Positions 1-8,741 are shown, counted from the first letter of the stretch. The stretch is 32,000 bases of DNA from Phycisphaera mikurensis NBRC 102666 (GCF_000284115.1 NC_017080.1:1410001-1442000); one strand, 5' to 3'. The notes: generated from the sequence alone by a model not told the origin. Translations and numbers: made by a program.

Positions 1-232
1 GGCCGCGTGGGGTCCCGCAGAGCCCGCGGGGCTCACGGTGCTCCGCTCGGCGGACGCGCCGGAGCGGGCGGGTGTGCCCCTCGCGGGCCGGCAGCTTCGG
101 AGCGACGGTTCCGCTGCACAAGTGCGATTCCAGCGGCAGTGTGTGAACGGTGCGGAGGCTATAACGGTTTGCCGAAGGATGTTCTGGCCGAATGCCTCCG
201 TGCGAAGTGCTTGTCGCGAACCAGGAAAGTCT

Positions 233-1408
233 ATGTCCATCGATCCAGTCTTTCTTCCCGCACGTCGTCTCGTCTTTACAGGCAGAGTGCTGTCATCAGT
301 GACGATGTGTGCAACGCTTTTGTTCGTTTCACTCTGCTGCGTGTTCGCACGGGCCGAAACACCGCACAACGACCCGCTGGCTGCGGTTCAGGCGTACAGC
401 AGAGCGGTCAATGGCATCGACTACGTGTTGGAGCAGAGAATGGTCCAGCGGAATGAGGGCCCGGAGCAGGCCGTCGATGAGCCGGGCGCAGAAGGCGAGC
501 TCCCCATCGGGGCGGTCCCTCTCGTTCCCGTTGTGAGCGAGATGCTGGATCTGAAGGTGGCGGTGTCTCACCGGGACGGCGCAACGCGGATCCTGGAGCG
601 GGAGGTGAAGATCCTTCAGGAGATGCCGGGCGGTGAAGTCTTCGACAACCACTACGGCGAGGACGTGCAGGGGACCGGCTACGTCGTGATGGTCGACGCG
701 CCGGCCCGGGGTGAGGAGGTGATCTTCGGGCTTGGCAACGGCGTCGACCGCTTCGAGGGGGGGCTCATCCACGACGAGATCGATTGGGGCTACTTCAACG
801 GGAGTCTCTACTTCAGGGGTCCGTACCCGCTGGCCATGGCTCGATTCGCGAGCAATGAACTTCTGGGACCCGCGTTCTGGGAGCGTTGCGAGGTGATTGC
901 TCTGGAAGGGGGGCAATCCCTGTTCACCTGGAGCGAAGATTCGCTGCGACACCGGTGGGTTTTCAACACACGGGGACCGATCGGGCTCGTTTCCTACGAG
1001 GCAGAGACCACCGCGTTCGGCGACGAGGAGCTCACCGTGTTCCGGATGGACACACTGGAGTCGCAGGCGCGGGGAGCGTTCGACCTTCCGTCAACGGCGG
1101 TCGCGGTCACCTACTACGTGGATGTCGACGTCCCCGCAACCTTCCCCGCCTTCCGGGTGGACCTGCGGTACGAGATCGGGCCCGGCACGTTGCCCCGGCC
1201 GGGAAGCGTGGAGAGTCTGTACACCAGATGGCCTGCTCACGCCGTGGTGCAGGAGCGGCGGATCCAGCGGGAGATCGCTTTGGGTGGCGAGCCCGAGGTC
1301 CTGACCGATGAGCGGATTGCGGATTGCGTGGCCGAACAGCTGGCCGAGGAGGCGGAGGCCCGGGCGGCCGCGGAACGGATCCTCGAATCCGCGGAGGCGC
1401 CCCGGTGA
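233..1408 (+). CDS. hypothetical secreted or membrane-anchored protein, no family recognised
   Basis: Part of ORF 38..1408. ATG at 233 follows GGAAAG (224-229) and a lower-GC upstream region. N-terminal hydrophobic segment VTMCATLLFVSLCCVFARA. Stop overlaps the next start (GTGA at 1405-1408). Protein-like composition throughout. Confidence 0.55.
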   Translation: MSIDPVFLPARRLVFTGRVLSSVTMCATLLFVSLCCVFARAETPHNDPLAAVQAYSRAVNGIDYVLEQRMVQRNEGPEQAVDEPGAEGELPIGAVPLVPVVSEMLDLKVAVSHRDGATRILEREVKILQEMPGGEVFDNHYGEDVQGTGYVVMVDAPARGEEVIFGLGNGVDRFEGGLIHDEIDWGYFNGSLYFRGPYPLAMARFASNELLGPAFWERCEVIALEGGQSLFTWSEDSLRHRWVFNTRGPIGLVSYEAETTAFGDEELTVFRMDTLESQARGAFDLPSTAVAVTYYVDVDVPATFPAFRVDLRYEIGPGTLPRPGSVESLYTRWPAHAVVQERRIQREIALGGEPEVLTDERIADCVAEQLAEEAEARAAAERILESAEAPR

Positions 1409-1716
1409 TTGTCCCCGACGATTCCCATGGTTCGGGTGAGGCGGTGGTGGCTCGGCGATCCCCGCTGGCGCGGGGAGGGCTGCTCGCGGTCGCTGCCGTT
1501 TTCGGGGCGTCCGCGTGGTGGAAGGCCCTGCCGGGGGGCCTGCGTGAAGAAGCATCGGCACCGACGCTCTTCGAGAGCTTCGCTGCCTGGGCCGGGCAGG
1601 CGGCCTGGTGGGTGGTCGCCGCGGAGGCCGCTCTGGCGGTGTTCCTGTGCGTCGGCGCCTTCCAGCCCCGCCTGCGGCAGCCGTCCGTCGCGCGCGGCGC
1701 TGCCACGACTGGTTGA
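1405..1716 (+). CDS. small membrane protein with two predicted hydrophobic helices
   Basis: In frame with ORF 1324..1716. GTG at 1405 overlaps the upstream TGA (GTGA). Two hydrophobic stretches (GGLLAVAAVFGASAWW and AAWWVVAAEAALAVFLCVGAF). Third-position GC is consistent with coding. Confidence 0.4.
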   Translation: MIVPDDSHGSGEAVVARRSPLARGGLLAVAAVFGASAWWKALPGGLREEASAPTLFESFAAWAGQAAWWVVAAEAALAVFLCVGAFQPRLRQPSVARGAATTG

Positions 1717-1729
1717 GGAGTCTGGCGCC

Positions 1730-2378
1730 ATGAAGCTGTTCTCCGCCGCACGCGCGGCGTCGTCCTGCGCGGCGGTGTGCCGCGGGTGCGGCCCGCGGGC
1801 CGCGGAGCCCCCGGGTTCCGAAACGACGCCTCCGCCCGCCGCGGCGTCCCGGAGCGACGCACCGGGCCCGCGGCAGGACGACGACCCACCCCCGTGGGTC
1901 CGCTTCCACGACTTCCACGACGAACCGGGTTGGTCGGAGCGCCTCGGCGGCGGCGGATACCTCCCCGTGCCCGACCCCGCGGCCCCGGGCGGGGCGGTCT
2001 GCAACTGCCCCCGTTTCCCCGACGCCGAGGTCGCCAGTGACTTCCTCTCGGCCCGCTGGGCGTGGCTGCACGGCCGGTCCGGCCTCGTGGAGGCCGACCT
2101 CCGCGTTCCGGCCCGGTTCCTGCTTGCGGGCGACTGCACCCGGGCGGGCTCCTACGCGGCGCCGCTGGGGACGGCGCCCACCGGCTTCGACGACGTCGAC
2201 AAGGACGACGCGCGGGCGGAGAGCTGGCTGCCGGCCGCCCGCGGCGGGATCGACCCGCACGCGGGCGGGTTGGCGGGCGTCGCGGCCGAGGGGAACGCCG
2301 GCTTCGCGGCCCCCGATGCCGCGCCCAGATTCACCCTGCACCCCGCCGAAGGCCGCGTCGCGTGGTCGGGCCCTTTGA
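1730..2378 (+). pseudogene. lipoprotein-like ORF with no in-frame stop codon (frameshift, assembly indel, or disrupted gene)
   Basis: ATG at 1730 preceded by GAGGAG (1715-1720). N-terminus MKLFSAARAASSCAAVC resembles a signal peptide plus lipobox. High third-position GC and protein-like composition run to about 2370. The frame then stays open to 5221 (it is the 1409..5221 shadow ORF). An out-of-frame TGA sits at 2376-2378. Confidence 0.3.
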
Positions 2379-2456
2379 AAGAGCCGGCGCGCGGCCGGCC
2401 GCCACCGCGAGAGCGCCTTGGCGAATGCTTTCGGCGGGCGCGTAATCTCCGCGGTT

Positions 2457-5306
2457 ATGCCCGAGCCTTCCGCCAAAGACGTCCGCCAGCAGTTCCTCGA
2501 CTTCTTTGCGCAGAAGCACGGGCACAAGGTCGTGCCCTCGGCGCCGGTGGTGCCCCACGGCGACCCCACGCTGCTGTTCGCCAACGCGGGCATGAACCCC
2601 TTCAAGCCGTACTTCCTCGGCGAGGAGGTCGCGACCGACAAGCGGGTCTGCGACACCCAGAAGTGCATCCGCGCCGGCGGCAAACACAACGACCTCGAAG
2701 ACGTCGGACGCGACACGTACCACCACACCTTCTTCGAGATGCTCGGCAACTGGAGCTTCGGGGACTACTTCAAGAAGGAAGCGATCCGCTGGGCGTGGGA
2801 GCTGCTCGTCGACGTCTGGGGGCTGGAGCCCGAGCGCCTGCACGCGACGTACTTCGAGGGCGACGAGGCCGAGGGCCTGGAGCCGGACCTGGAGGCCCGC
2901 GATCTCTGGCTCCAGCTGCTCCCCGCGGAGCGTGTCCACCCCGGGAACAAAAAGGACAACTTCTGGGAGATGGGCGACACCGGCCCCTGCGGCCCGTGCT
3001 CGGAACTCCACTACGACGGCACGGCCGACCTCTCCGGCGCCGCCAAGGTCAACGCCGACGACCCCGACGTCATCGAGATCTGGAACCTGGTCTTCATCCA
3101 GTTCAACCGGAGCACGACCGGCAAGCTGGAGCCGCTGCCCGCGAAGCACGTCGACACGGGCATGGGCTTCGAGCGGATCGTCCGCGTGCTGCAGGGCCAC
3201 TCCAGCAACTACGACACCGACGTCTTCACGCCGCTGTTCGAGGCGATCCGGGAGGCCACCGGTGCCGGCCCGTACACGGGCGAGCTGGAGAAGCCCGAGG
3301 ACGTGGCCTACCGCGTCATCGCCGATCACATCCGCACGCTGGTCTTCGCGCTCGCCGACGGGGCCCACTGCGACAAGGACGGCCGTGGCTACGTGCTCCG
3401 CCGCATCCTCCGGAGGGCCGTCCGCTACGGCCGCCAGACGCTCGGGCAGGAGCAGCCTTTCTTCTTCGAGCTGGTGCCCGCCGTCGTCGCCAACTTCGGC
3501 GACGCCTTCCCGGAGCTGCGGGAGAGGGCCGACGCCGTGGCGGCGGAGATCCGCGAGGAGGAGGAGAGCTTCTCCAAGACGCTCGGCCGCGGGATCCAGC
3601 TGTTCGAGCTTTCCGCGCGGCGGGTCGAGGAGGCGGCGGGACGCGGCGGCGGGAAGACCATCGCCGCCACCGACGCCTTCCAGCTGCACGACACCTACGG
3701 CTTCCCGCTGGACCTCACCGAGCTGATGGCCGCCGAGCGCGGCATGACCGTGGACGCCGAGGGATTCGACCGACTCATGGGAGAAGCGCGTGTCCGAAGC
3801 CGCGGCGGGGGCGACGGCGGCGAGGCGGCGGCGATGGCGTCGCTGCGCGAGGAGGTGCAGCGCGGCTTCGACGCCGGCTGGTACGCCGGCACCAACTTCA
3901 CCGGCTTCGAGACGGCCGAAGCGCCCTTCCAGCAGAATCAGATCCACGTGTTCCGGCGCCAGGACGATCACTGGCTGTCGCTCACCGCCGGCGAGTCGGC
4001 CACCGCCGGCGACGCCGTCGCGATCGTCCTGAAGATGTCGCCCTTCTACGCCGAGATGGGCGGCCAGGTGGGCGACACCGGCTCGATCCAGCTGCGGACC
4101 GGCGGCCGCGTCGCCGTCCGCGACACGCAGAAGGTCGGCGCGGTCCACGTCCACCTCGGCGAGGTGGTCTCCGGCGAGGTCGCCACGGATCCCGACGTGA
4201 TCCTCGCGGTCGCGGTCGACCTGGAGCGACGCCGGGCGATCGAGGCGAACCACACCGCGACGCACCTCCTGAACCGCTCGCTGCGGGACCGCGTGTCCGA
4301 CGACGTGCAGCAGCGTGGCTCGCTGGTCGAGGCCGAGCGGCTGCGCTTCGACTTCAACCACGGCGCCGCCCTCGGCGACGACGAGCTGGCGGCGATCGAG
4401 GGCGACCTGGCCGCCGCCATCGCCGCCCGCCGCGGCGTCTTCAGCGGCAACGCGCCCGAGGCGCAGGCCCGCGGCATCCGCGGGCTCCGCGCCGTCTTCG
4501 GCGAGAAGTACCCGCCGGTCGTCCGGGTCGTCTCCGTGGGCGAGCCGGTCGACAAGCTGCTGGCCGACCCCGACAACGCGGCCTGGGAGGAACTCTCGGT
4601 CGAGCTCTGCGGCGGCACGCACGCCGGCAACACCGCCGACCTCGGAGCGTTCGCGCTGGTCGGCCAGGAGGCCGTCGGCAAGGGCGTCCGCCGCGTCACC
4701 GCCGTCACCGGCGAGCCCGCCGTCGCGGCCCGCGAGGAGGCGGCGCGGCTCATGAAGAAGCTCGACGCCGCCGCCGGCCTCGACCCCGAAGCCGTCGCCG
4801 CGCAGCTCGACGGGCTCACCAAGCGGGTCGAGGCGGCGACGCTCCCGCTCGCGGAGCGAGCCGCCACCCGTGCCAAGCTGGCAACCCTCGGCGAGGCCGT
4901 GCGGAAGCACCGCAAAGAAGCCGGTGCCCAGGCTACCGACGCCGTGCTCGACGCCGCCCGCGCCGCCGCCGAGGGCGTGGCCGACGGCGCCGTGCTCGTG
5001 ACCGGGATCGACGGCGCCGACGGCAAGTCGCTCCGCGTCGCGATGGACGTGGTCAACAAGCTGCGCCCGCAGAGCCCCGCGATGCTCGCCGCCACCGAGG
5101 ACGGCAAGGTTTCGCTGATCGCCAGCGTTCCGAAGGACAAGGTCCAGGCCGGCTGGAAAGCCGGCGAGTGGGTGAACGCCGCCGCCGCCGAGGTCGGCGG
5201 CAGAGGCGGCGGCAAGCCTGACCGCGCCCAGGCCGGCGGGAAGGACCCCGCCAAGCTGCCGGCGGCCCTCGACGCCGCTCGGGCCTGGACCGCGGACCGC
5301 GGATGA
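2457..5306 (+). CDS. alaS: alanine--tRNA ligase
   Basis: ORF 2418..5306. Conserved AlaRS N-terminus (DVRQQFLDFFAQKHGHKVVPSAPVVP, DPTLLFANAGMNPFK, FFEMLGNWSFGDYFK) and editing-domain HTATHLL motif. ATG at 2457 preferred over the upstream TTG at 2418. Confidence 0.95.
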   Translation: MPEPSAKDVRQQFLDFFAQKHGHKVVPSAPVVPHGDPTLLFANAGMNPFKPYFLGEEVATDKRVCDTQKCIRAGGKHNDLEDVGRDTYHHTFFEMLGNWSFGDYFKKEAIRWAWELLVDVWGLEPERLHATYFEGDEAEGLEPDLEARDLWLQLLPAERVHPGNKKDNFWEMGDTGPCGPCSELHYDGTADLSGAAKVNADDPDVIEIWNLVFIQFNRSTTGKLEPLPAKHVDTGMGFERIVRVLQGHSSNYDTDVFTPLFEAIREATGAGPYTGELEKPEDVAYRVIADHIRTLVFALADGAHCDKDGRGYVLRRILRRAVRYGRQTLGQEQPFFFELVPAVVANFGDAFPELRERADAVAAEIREEEESFSKTLGRGIQLFELSARRVEEAAGRGGGKTIAATDAFQLHDTYGFPLDLTELMAAERGMTVDAEGFDRLMGEARVRSRGGGDGGEAAAMASLREEVQRGFDAGWYAGTNFTGFETAEAPFQQNQIHVFRRQDDHWLSLTAGESATAGDAVAIVLKMSPFYAEMGGQVGDTGSIQLRTGGRVAVRDTQKVGAVHVHLGEVVSGEVATDPDVILAVAVDLERRRAIEANHTATHLLNRSLRDRVSDDVQQRGSLVEAERLRFDFNHGAALGDDELAAIEGDLAAAIAARRGVFSGNAPEAQARGIRGLRAVFGEKYPPVVRVVSVGEPVDKLLADPDNAAWEELSVELCGGTHAGNTADLGAFALVGQEAVGKGVRRVTAVTGEPAVAAREEAARLMKKLDAAAGLDPEAVAAQLDGLTKRVEAATLPLAERAATRAKLATLGEAVRKHRKEAGAQATDAVLDAARAAAEGVADGAVLVTGIDGADGKSLRVAMDVVNKLRPQSPAMLAATEDGKVSLIASVPKDKVQAGWKAGEWVNAAAAEVGGRGGGKPDRAQAGGKDPAKLPAALDAARAWTADRG

Positions 5307-5336
5307 ATCCGGCCGGCGGCGGCGGCGGTCCGCGGG

Positions 5337-6194
5337 ATGCCCACAACCCGGCTCTACGATCGCCGCATCGCCAACACGCTCCAGGCCGAACCTCTAACGA
5401 CGCTCACCCTCGGCGGCGTCGCCTTCCGCGCGTCCCGGCCCCACGCCTTCGGCCTCGTCATCGAGGCGGTGGTCGATCCGTCGCCCGAGCAGGCGGAGGA
5501 CTACCTCCACGCGGTGCTCCTGGCCGAGGACCGCCGCGAGGCCTTCTTCGGCCTGATCGAGGCCGAGGGCCTGGTCGTCTGCCGCGGCATCCGCCGCGAG
5601 CACCCGACGTACCGGCCGGTCGCGGGCAAGTCCACGCCGGGCCGGCTGAGCCAGGCCGAGTACTACCACCACGACGGCTGCAGCGGCCCCGAGAAGCCGC
5701 GCTTCGACGAGATCCGCCTGCCGTGGGGCTCGCGGCCCCGCCGCGCCACCACCGCCGTCGCCCGCTTCGGCGACGTCGTGCGGGCCCAGCTCGTGGCGCT
5801 GCCAGAGCGGATGGTGGACGACGAGGTCGCCGGGTGGCGTCACGCCTTCGCGGAGCACGCGACGCGTCCACCGGCGGAGCAGTGGGACACGATCCAGGGC
5901 CGGGTGACACGCCGCGTCCGCAAAGAACTCGACGCCCAGCGGGCCCGGGCGTGGTTCGCGGAGGTCGACCGCCTGGCCGACGCGTACCTCCTTCCGTGGG
6001 AGCCCGGCGAGAGCCGGCTGATGCTCAACGGCCACGCCGACCTCACGCGGACGATGCAGCACCGCCGCGCCGAGCCTGCCGTCCGCGAGGCGGGCTCCGC
6101 GACCGCGTCGCTGGTCAAGCGGTGGACCGCCGAGGAGGCCGGCGGCTTCGCGGGGGCGGTGCCCGCGGGAGGAGCCCGCGGCTGCCGCCTCTGA
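5337..6194 (+). CDS. hypothetical protein, possible TauD/TfdA-like Fe(II)/2-oxoglutarate oxygenase
   Basis: ORF 5337..6194 (285 aa). HHD at residues 111-113. C-terminal pattern LLPWEPGESRLMLNGHADLTRTMQHRR resembles the W-x-x-G-D/E ... H-x-R signature of the TauD/TfdA fold. No firmer recognition. Confidence 0.5.
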   Translation: MPTTRLYDRRIANTLQAEPLTTLTLGGVAFRASRPHAFGLVIEAVVDPSPEQAEDYLHAVLLAEDRREAFFGLIEAEGLVVCRGIRREHPTYRPVAGKSTPGRLSQAEYYHHDGCSGPEKPRFDEIRLPWGSRPRRATTAVARFGDVVRAQLVALPERMVDDEVAGWRHAFAEHATRPPAEQWDTIQGRVTRRVRKELDAQRARAWFAEVDRLADAYLLPWEPGESRLMLNGHADLTRTMQHRRAEPAVREAGSATASLVKRWTAEEAGGFAGAVPAGGARGCRL

Positions 6195-6207
6195 GGGCGG
6201 CGCCCCG

Positions 6208-6253
6208 CCGCGGACCGCCGCCCCGGCGGGACGAAACACCCCGCGGTCCGCGG
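6208..6253 (+). terminator. GC-rich hairpin after the 5337..6194 gene, candidate terminator
   Basis: CCGCGGACCG (6208-6217) pairs perfectly with CGGTCCGCGG (6244-6253). An inner CCGCC/GGCGG stem lies in the loop. Followed by ATTT. Confidence 0.3.
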
Positions 6254-6268
6254 ATTTAGGCTGCCCGG

Positions 6269-7381
6269 ATGAGCGACGCGGCCCCCCCCGGCGACCCAGG
6301 CGAAGCAACGCGGGAGAAGCTCGCGCCGCTGCGGGACGAGATCGACGCGCTCGACGAGAAGATCGTCGGGCTGCTGAACGCGCGGGCGCGGGTGGTCGTG
6401 AAGGTCGGCGAGGTGAAGCGGGCGGGCGGCGAGGACGTGCCGATCTACGCACCCGACCGCGAGCAGGCGGTGCTGGAGAAGGTCCGCAAGCTCAACCACG
6501 GGCCGCTGCCGGACCGCTGCCTGGAGGCGGTTTGGCGTGAGCTGATGAGCGGATCCTTCGCGCTGGAGCGGCCGCTGCGGATCGGCTACCTCGGGCCGGC
6601 GGGGTCCTTTTCGCACCTGGCGGCGGTGAGCAAGTTCGGCCAGTCGGTCGAGTACGACGAGCTGTCGGACTTCCCGGCGATCTTCGACGCCGTCGCCCGC
6701 GGTCACGCCGACTACGGGCTGATCCCGATCGAGAACTCCACGCACGGCGGCGTCACCGCCTCGCTGGACTGCTTCCTGGAGTCCGGGGTGCCGGTCTGCG
6801 CCGAGATCCTCCTGCCCATCCACCACAACCTGCTCTCGCGGGTGCCGCTGGAGCGGATCAAGACCGTCTACTCGCACCCGCAGGTGCTCGGCCAGTGCCA
6901 GCGCTGGCTGACGGCGCAGCTCCCGCACGCGAAGCGGCTGGACGCGGCGAGCAGCTCGCAGGCGGCGCGGATCGTCGCCGAGAACCCCTCCGAGTCCGCC
7001 GCCATCGGCAGCACGCTCGCCTCGCAGCTCTACCGCCTGCCGGTGCTCTTCGACAACATCGAGGACAACCCCAACAACACCACGCGTTTCTCGATCATCG
7101 GCCGCCAGAGCCCCCGGCCCACCGGCGAGGACAAGACGGCGCTGGTCTTCACCACGGAGCACCGCGCCGGCGCGCTCACCGACGTGCTCAACGTCTTCCG
7201 CGACCACGGCCTGAACCTCACCCGCCTCGCCGAGCGGCCGAGCCAGCGAATGAACTGGGAGTACTACTTCTTCATCGACCTGCTCGGCCACGCGGAGGAG
7301 CCGGAGGTGAAGGCGGCGCTGGACGAGGCGCGGGGGCACTGCTTGCAGCTGAAGGTGCTGGGCTCGTTTCCGCGGGCGTGA
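6269..7381 (+). CDS. pheA: bifunctional chorismate mutase / prephenate dehydratase
   Basis: ORF 6269..7381. N-terminal chorismate mutase helix (LAPLRDEIDALDEKIVGLLNARA). Prephenate dehydratase core (RIGYLGPAGSFSHLAA, GLIPIENSTHGGV, TRFSIIG). C-terminal ACT-like region. Confidence 0.9.
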   Translation: MSDAAPPGDPGEATREKLAPLRDEIDALDEKIVGLLNARARVVVKVGEVKRAGGEDVPIYAPDREQAVLEKVRKLNHGPLPDRCLEAVWRELMSGSFALERPLRIGYLGPAGSFSHLAAVSKFGQSVEYDELSDFPAIFDAVARGHADYGLIPIENSTHGGVTASLDCFLESGVPVCAEILLPIHHNLLSRVPLERIKTVYSHPQVLGQCQRWLTAQLPHAKRLDAASSSQAARIVAENPSESAAIGSTLASQLYRLPVLFDNIEDNPNNTTRFSIIGRQSPRPTGEDKTALVFTTEHRAGALTDVLNVFRDHGLNLTRLAERPSQRMNWEYYFFIDLLGHAEEPEVKAALDEARGHCLQLKVLGSFPRA

Positions 7382-7403
7382 GGGCGGCGGCTGCGCCGCT
7401 CAA

Positions 7404-7603
7404 GAGAGGAAGCGAAGAAGCGAAGAAGCGAAGAAGCGAGGAAGTGAGCAAGCGAAGAAGCGAAGAAGAAAGGAAGTGAGGAAGTGAGGCAGCGCGTCGG
7501 CTGCGCCGACCTCCGCGACGGCTGCGGATGATCCCTCTCTGACTTCTTCGCTTCTCCGCTTCTTCGCTTCCCCCCTTGCCTCCCGCGCAGCGGGATGCCC
7601 CCC
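7404..7603. repeat. structured intergenic element: 10 tandem GAAGCGAA-type octamers, small hairpin, 4 reverse-complement octamers, conserved hairpin plus C-run module
   Basis: Octamer array 7409-7488 (gaagcgaa x3, gaagcgag, gaagtgag, caagcgaa, gaagcgaa, gaagaaag, gaagtgag x2). Hairpin GTCGGC-TGC-GCCGAC at 7496-7510. Complementary units 7541-7572. Module TTGCCTCCCGCGCAGCGGGATGCCCCCC at 7576-7603 abuts the minus-strand TAA at 7604-7606. Confidence 0.85.
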
Positions 7604-8653
7604 TTAAAACCCCCACCCCACCTGCAACTGAATCTGCCCGAACGCGTCCGCATCCTCCTGCCCCTTGAACTCGTGGGTGAGGAAGGTCTGGGCGTAGCCG
7701 ATCTCGGCGTTGAAGCGGTGGCCGGTGTAGCCGACGGCGAAGCCGCCGCGGAAGATGCCCAGCAGCGGCTCGCGGTCCACGGAGGGGGAGGGGTTGCGGG
7801 CGTAGCTGCCGTCGAGGAAAGTGTTCCACTGCACGTAGCGGGCGGCGGCGCCGGCGAAGGCGTAGACGCTCCAGCCCGGCTGCGGCCCGGCGCCGGTGAA
7901 GCTGCCGGGGTCGCGGACGCGGGCGGGGCCGAAGTCGTCGGGCAGCTTCCAGCCGACGCGGGCGATGCCGCCGAGGGTTGCGTCGCGGTGCGTGGTGCCC
8001 ACGCGGACCTCGCCGTAGGGCAGCAGCTGCGCGTTGAGGCCGCCGGGGCGGAGGCCGGGCAGCCCCAGGCCGGCGGCGTCGATCCGCACGGTCCGCCGGT
8101 AGGCGAGGTCGATGGCGAACTCGTCGCCGAGCTGGCTGTCCCAGCCGTTGGGGTCGTCGCCGGTGAAGTACTCGTGGATGTACTCCTGCACCTCCTTGGC
8201 CAGCGAGCTCTCGCCGACGACGCCGAGGTTCAGCTGCAGGTGGTCGAGGTGGTCGTCGTGCTCGCGCTGGCCGTAGAAGGCGCCGTAGAGGTAGCCGGCG
8301 TAGGGCCGGTCGTCGGGGTCGGGCACCCGCGCGGTGATGTCCTCGGGGGTGTAGATCTCGTGGGCGACCATCAGGCCGACGGCGGTGCCGTCCGCCGGCA
8401 GGCCCAGGCCGTCGACGAGACCGGCGAAGGTCTCGCTCTTGTGCGCCAGATCCAGCGCGGCGCCGTTGGTGTAGTGCCGGTCCTCCAGCTCGTTGAGCTT
8501 CACGAAGGAGCCGTCGTTCTCGAAGAGCACCTGGAAGCGGTACGCGGGGCCGGCGGCGGGAAGCTCCGCGGCGGGTCGATCTTCCTGCGCCGCCGCGAGC
8601 GGCGCCAGCGCGAGGAGCAGGCCGGCGAGGGATCGTCGGGAGGTGGGTGACAT
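7604..8653 (-). CDS. LpxR-family (DUF2219) outer-membrane protein, putative lipid A deacylase
   Basis: Within ORF 7604..8902. ATG at 8653 gives the signal peptide MSPTSRRSLAGLLLALAPLAAAQE. Family-typical motifs FENDGSF, DRHYTNG, HEIYTPEDI, DRPYAGYLYG. C-terminal aromatic residue (WGF). Confidence 0.75.
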   Translation of the reverse strand: MSPTSRRSLAGLLLALAPLAAAQEDRPAAELPAAGPAYRFQVLFENDGSFVKLNELEDRHYTNGAALDLAHKSETFAGLVDGLGLPADGTAVGLMVAHEIYTPEDITARVPDPDDRPYAGYLYGAFYGQREHDDHLDHLQLNLGVVGESSLAKEVQEYIHEYFTGDDPNGWDSQLGDEFAIDLAYRRTVRIDAAGLGLPGLRPGGLNAQLLPYGEVRVGTTHRDATLGGIARVGWKLPDDFGPARVRDPGSFTGAGPQPGWSVYAFAGAAARYVQWNTFLDGSYARNPSPSVDREPLLGIFRGGFAVGYTGHRFNAEIGYAQTFLTHEFKGQEDADAFGQIQLQVGWGF

Positions 8654-8741
8654 CGGTGCGTCTTTTTCGGGCCGGACGGGAGGAGGCTCCAGCCGACGGA
8701 GCGTACGGTCGGGGCCGCCGCACCACCGTGAGGAACCCGTG

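Noticed and set aside
111-136. Hairpin CCGCTG-N14-CAGCGG and a TATAAC box (160-165), considered as a terminator and promoter upstream of the first gene.
   Set aside because: The stem is only 6 bp with no U-tract. No convincing -35 lies at proper spacing. There is not enough evidence to annotate.
38-232. N-terminal extension of the first gene (ORF track start at 38), and ORF 7..456.
   Set aside because: The upstream part is Arg/Ala-rich and crosses the lower-GC, promoter-like region. ATG 233 with an adjacent purine-rich motif and an immediate signal-anchor is more plausible.
1409-5221. 1270-aa plus-strand ORF, the largest in the left part of the window.
   Set aside because: Apart from its 1730-2370 segment, the translation is Arg/Pro/Gly/Ala-rich low complexity. 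It is out of frame with the unmistakable alaS gene. It is a typical stop-poor shadow frame in GC-rich DNA.
2331-7339. Long minus-strand ORFs antisense to alaS and pheA (2331..4910, 4046..5344, 5840..7339).
   Set aside because: They are antisense shadows of strongly supported genes, with no motifs and biased composition.
7409-7488. Possibility that the octamer arrays (here and at 27888-27983) are CRISPR arrays or encode Glu/Lys/Arg-rich peptides such as SEEAKKRRSEE.
   Set aside because: The units are only 8 nt and contiguous, with no spacers, so they are not CRISPR. The peptide-like translations are tails of shadow ORFs (for example 6895..7479 and 27704..27946) created by the repeat periodicity. 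They have no independent start or codon-bias support.
7600-7625. Similarity between CCCCCTTAAAACCCCCACCCCACC (7598-7622) and CCCCCAAAACCACCCCAGCCCCCACCC (27807-27833), considered as a further shared repeat module.
   Set aside because: The 7.6-kb copy is the coding 3' end of the lpxR-like gene (QVGWGF-stop). The resemblance is short C-rich sequence and may be coincidental.
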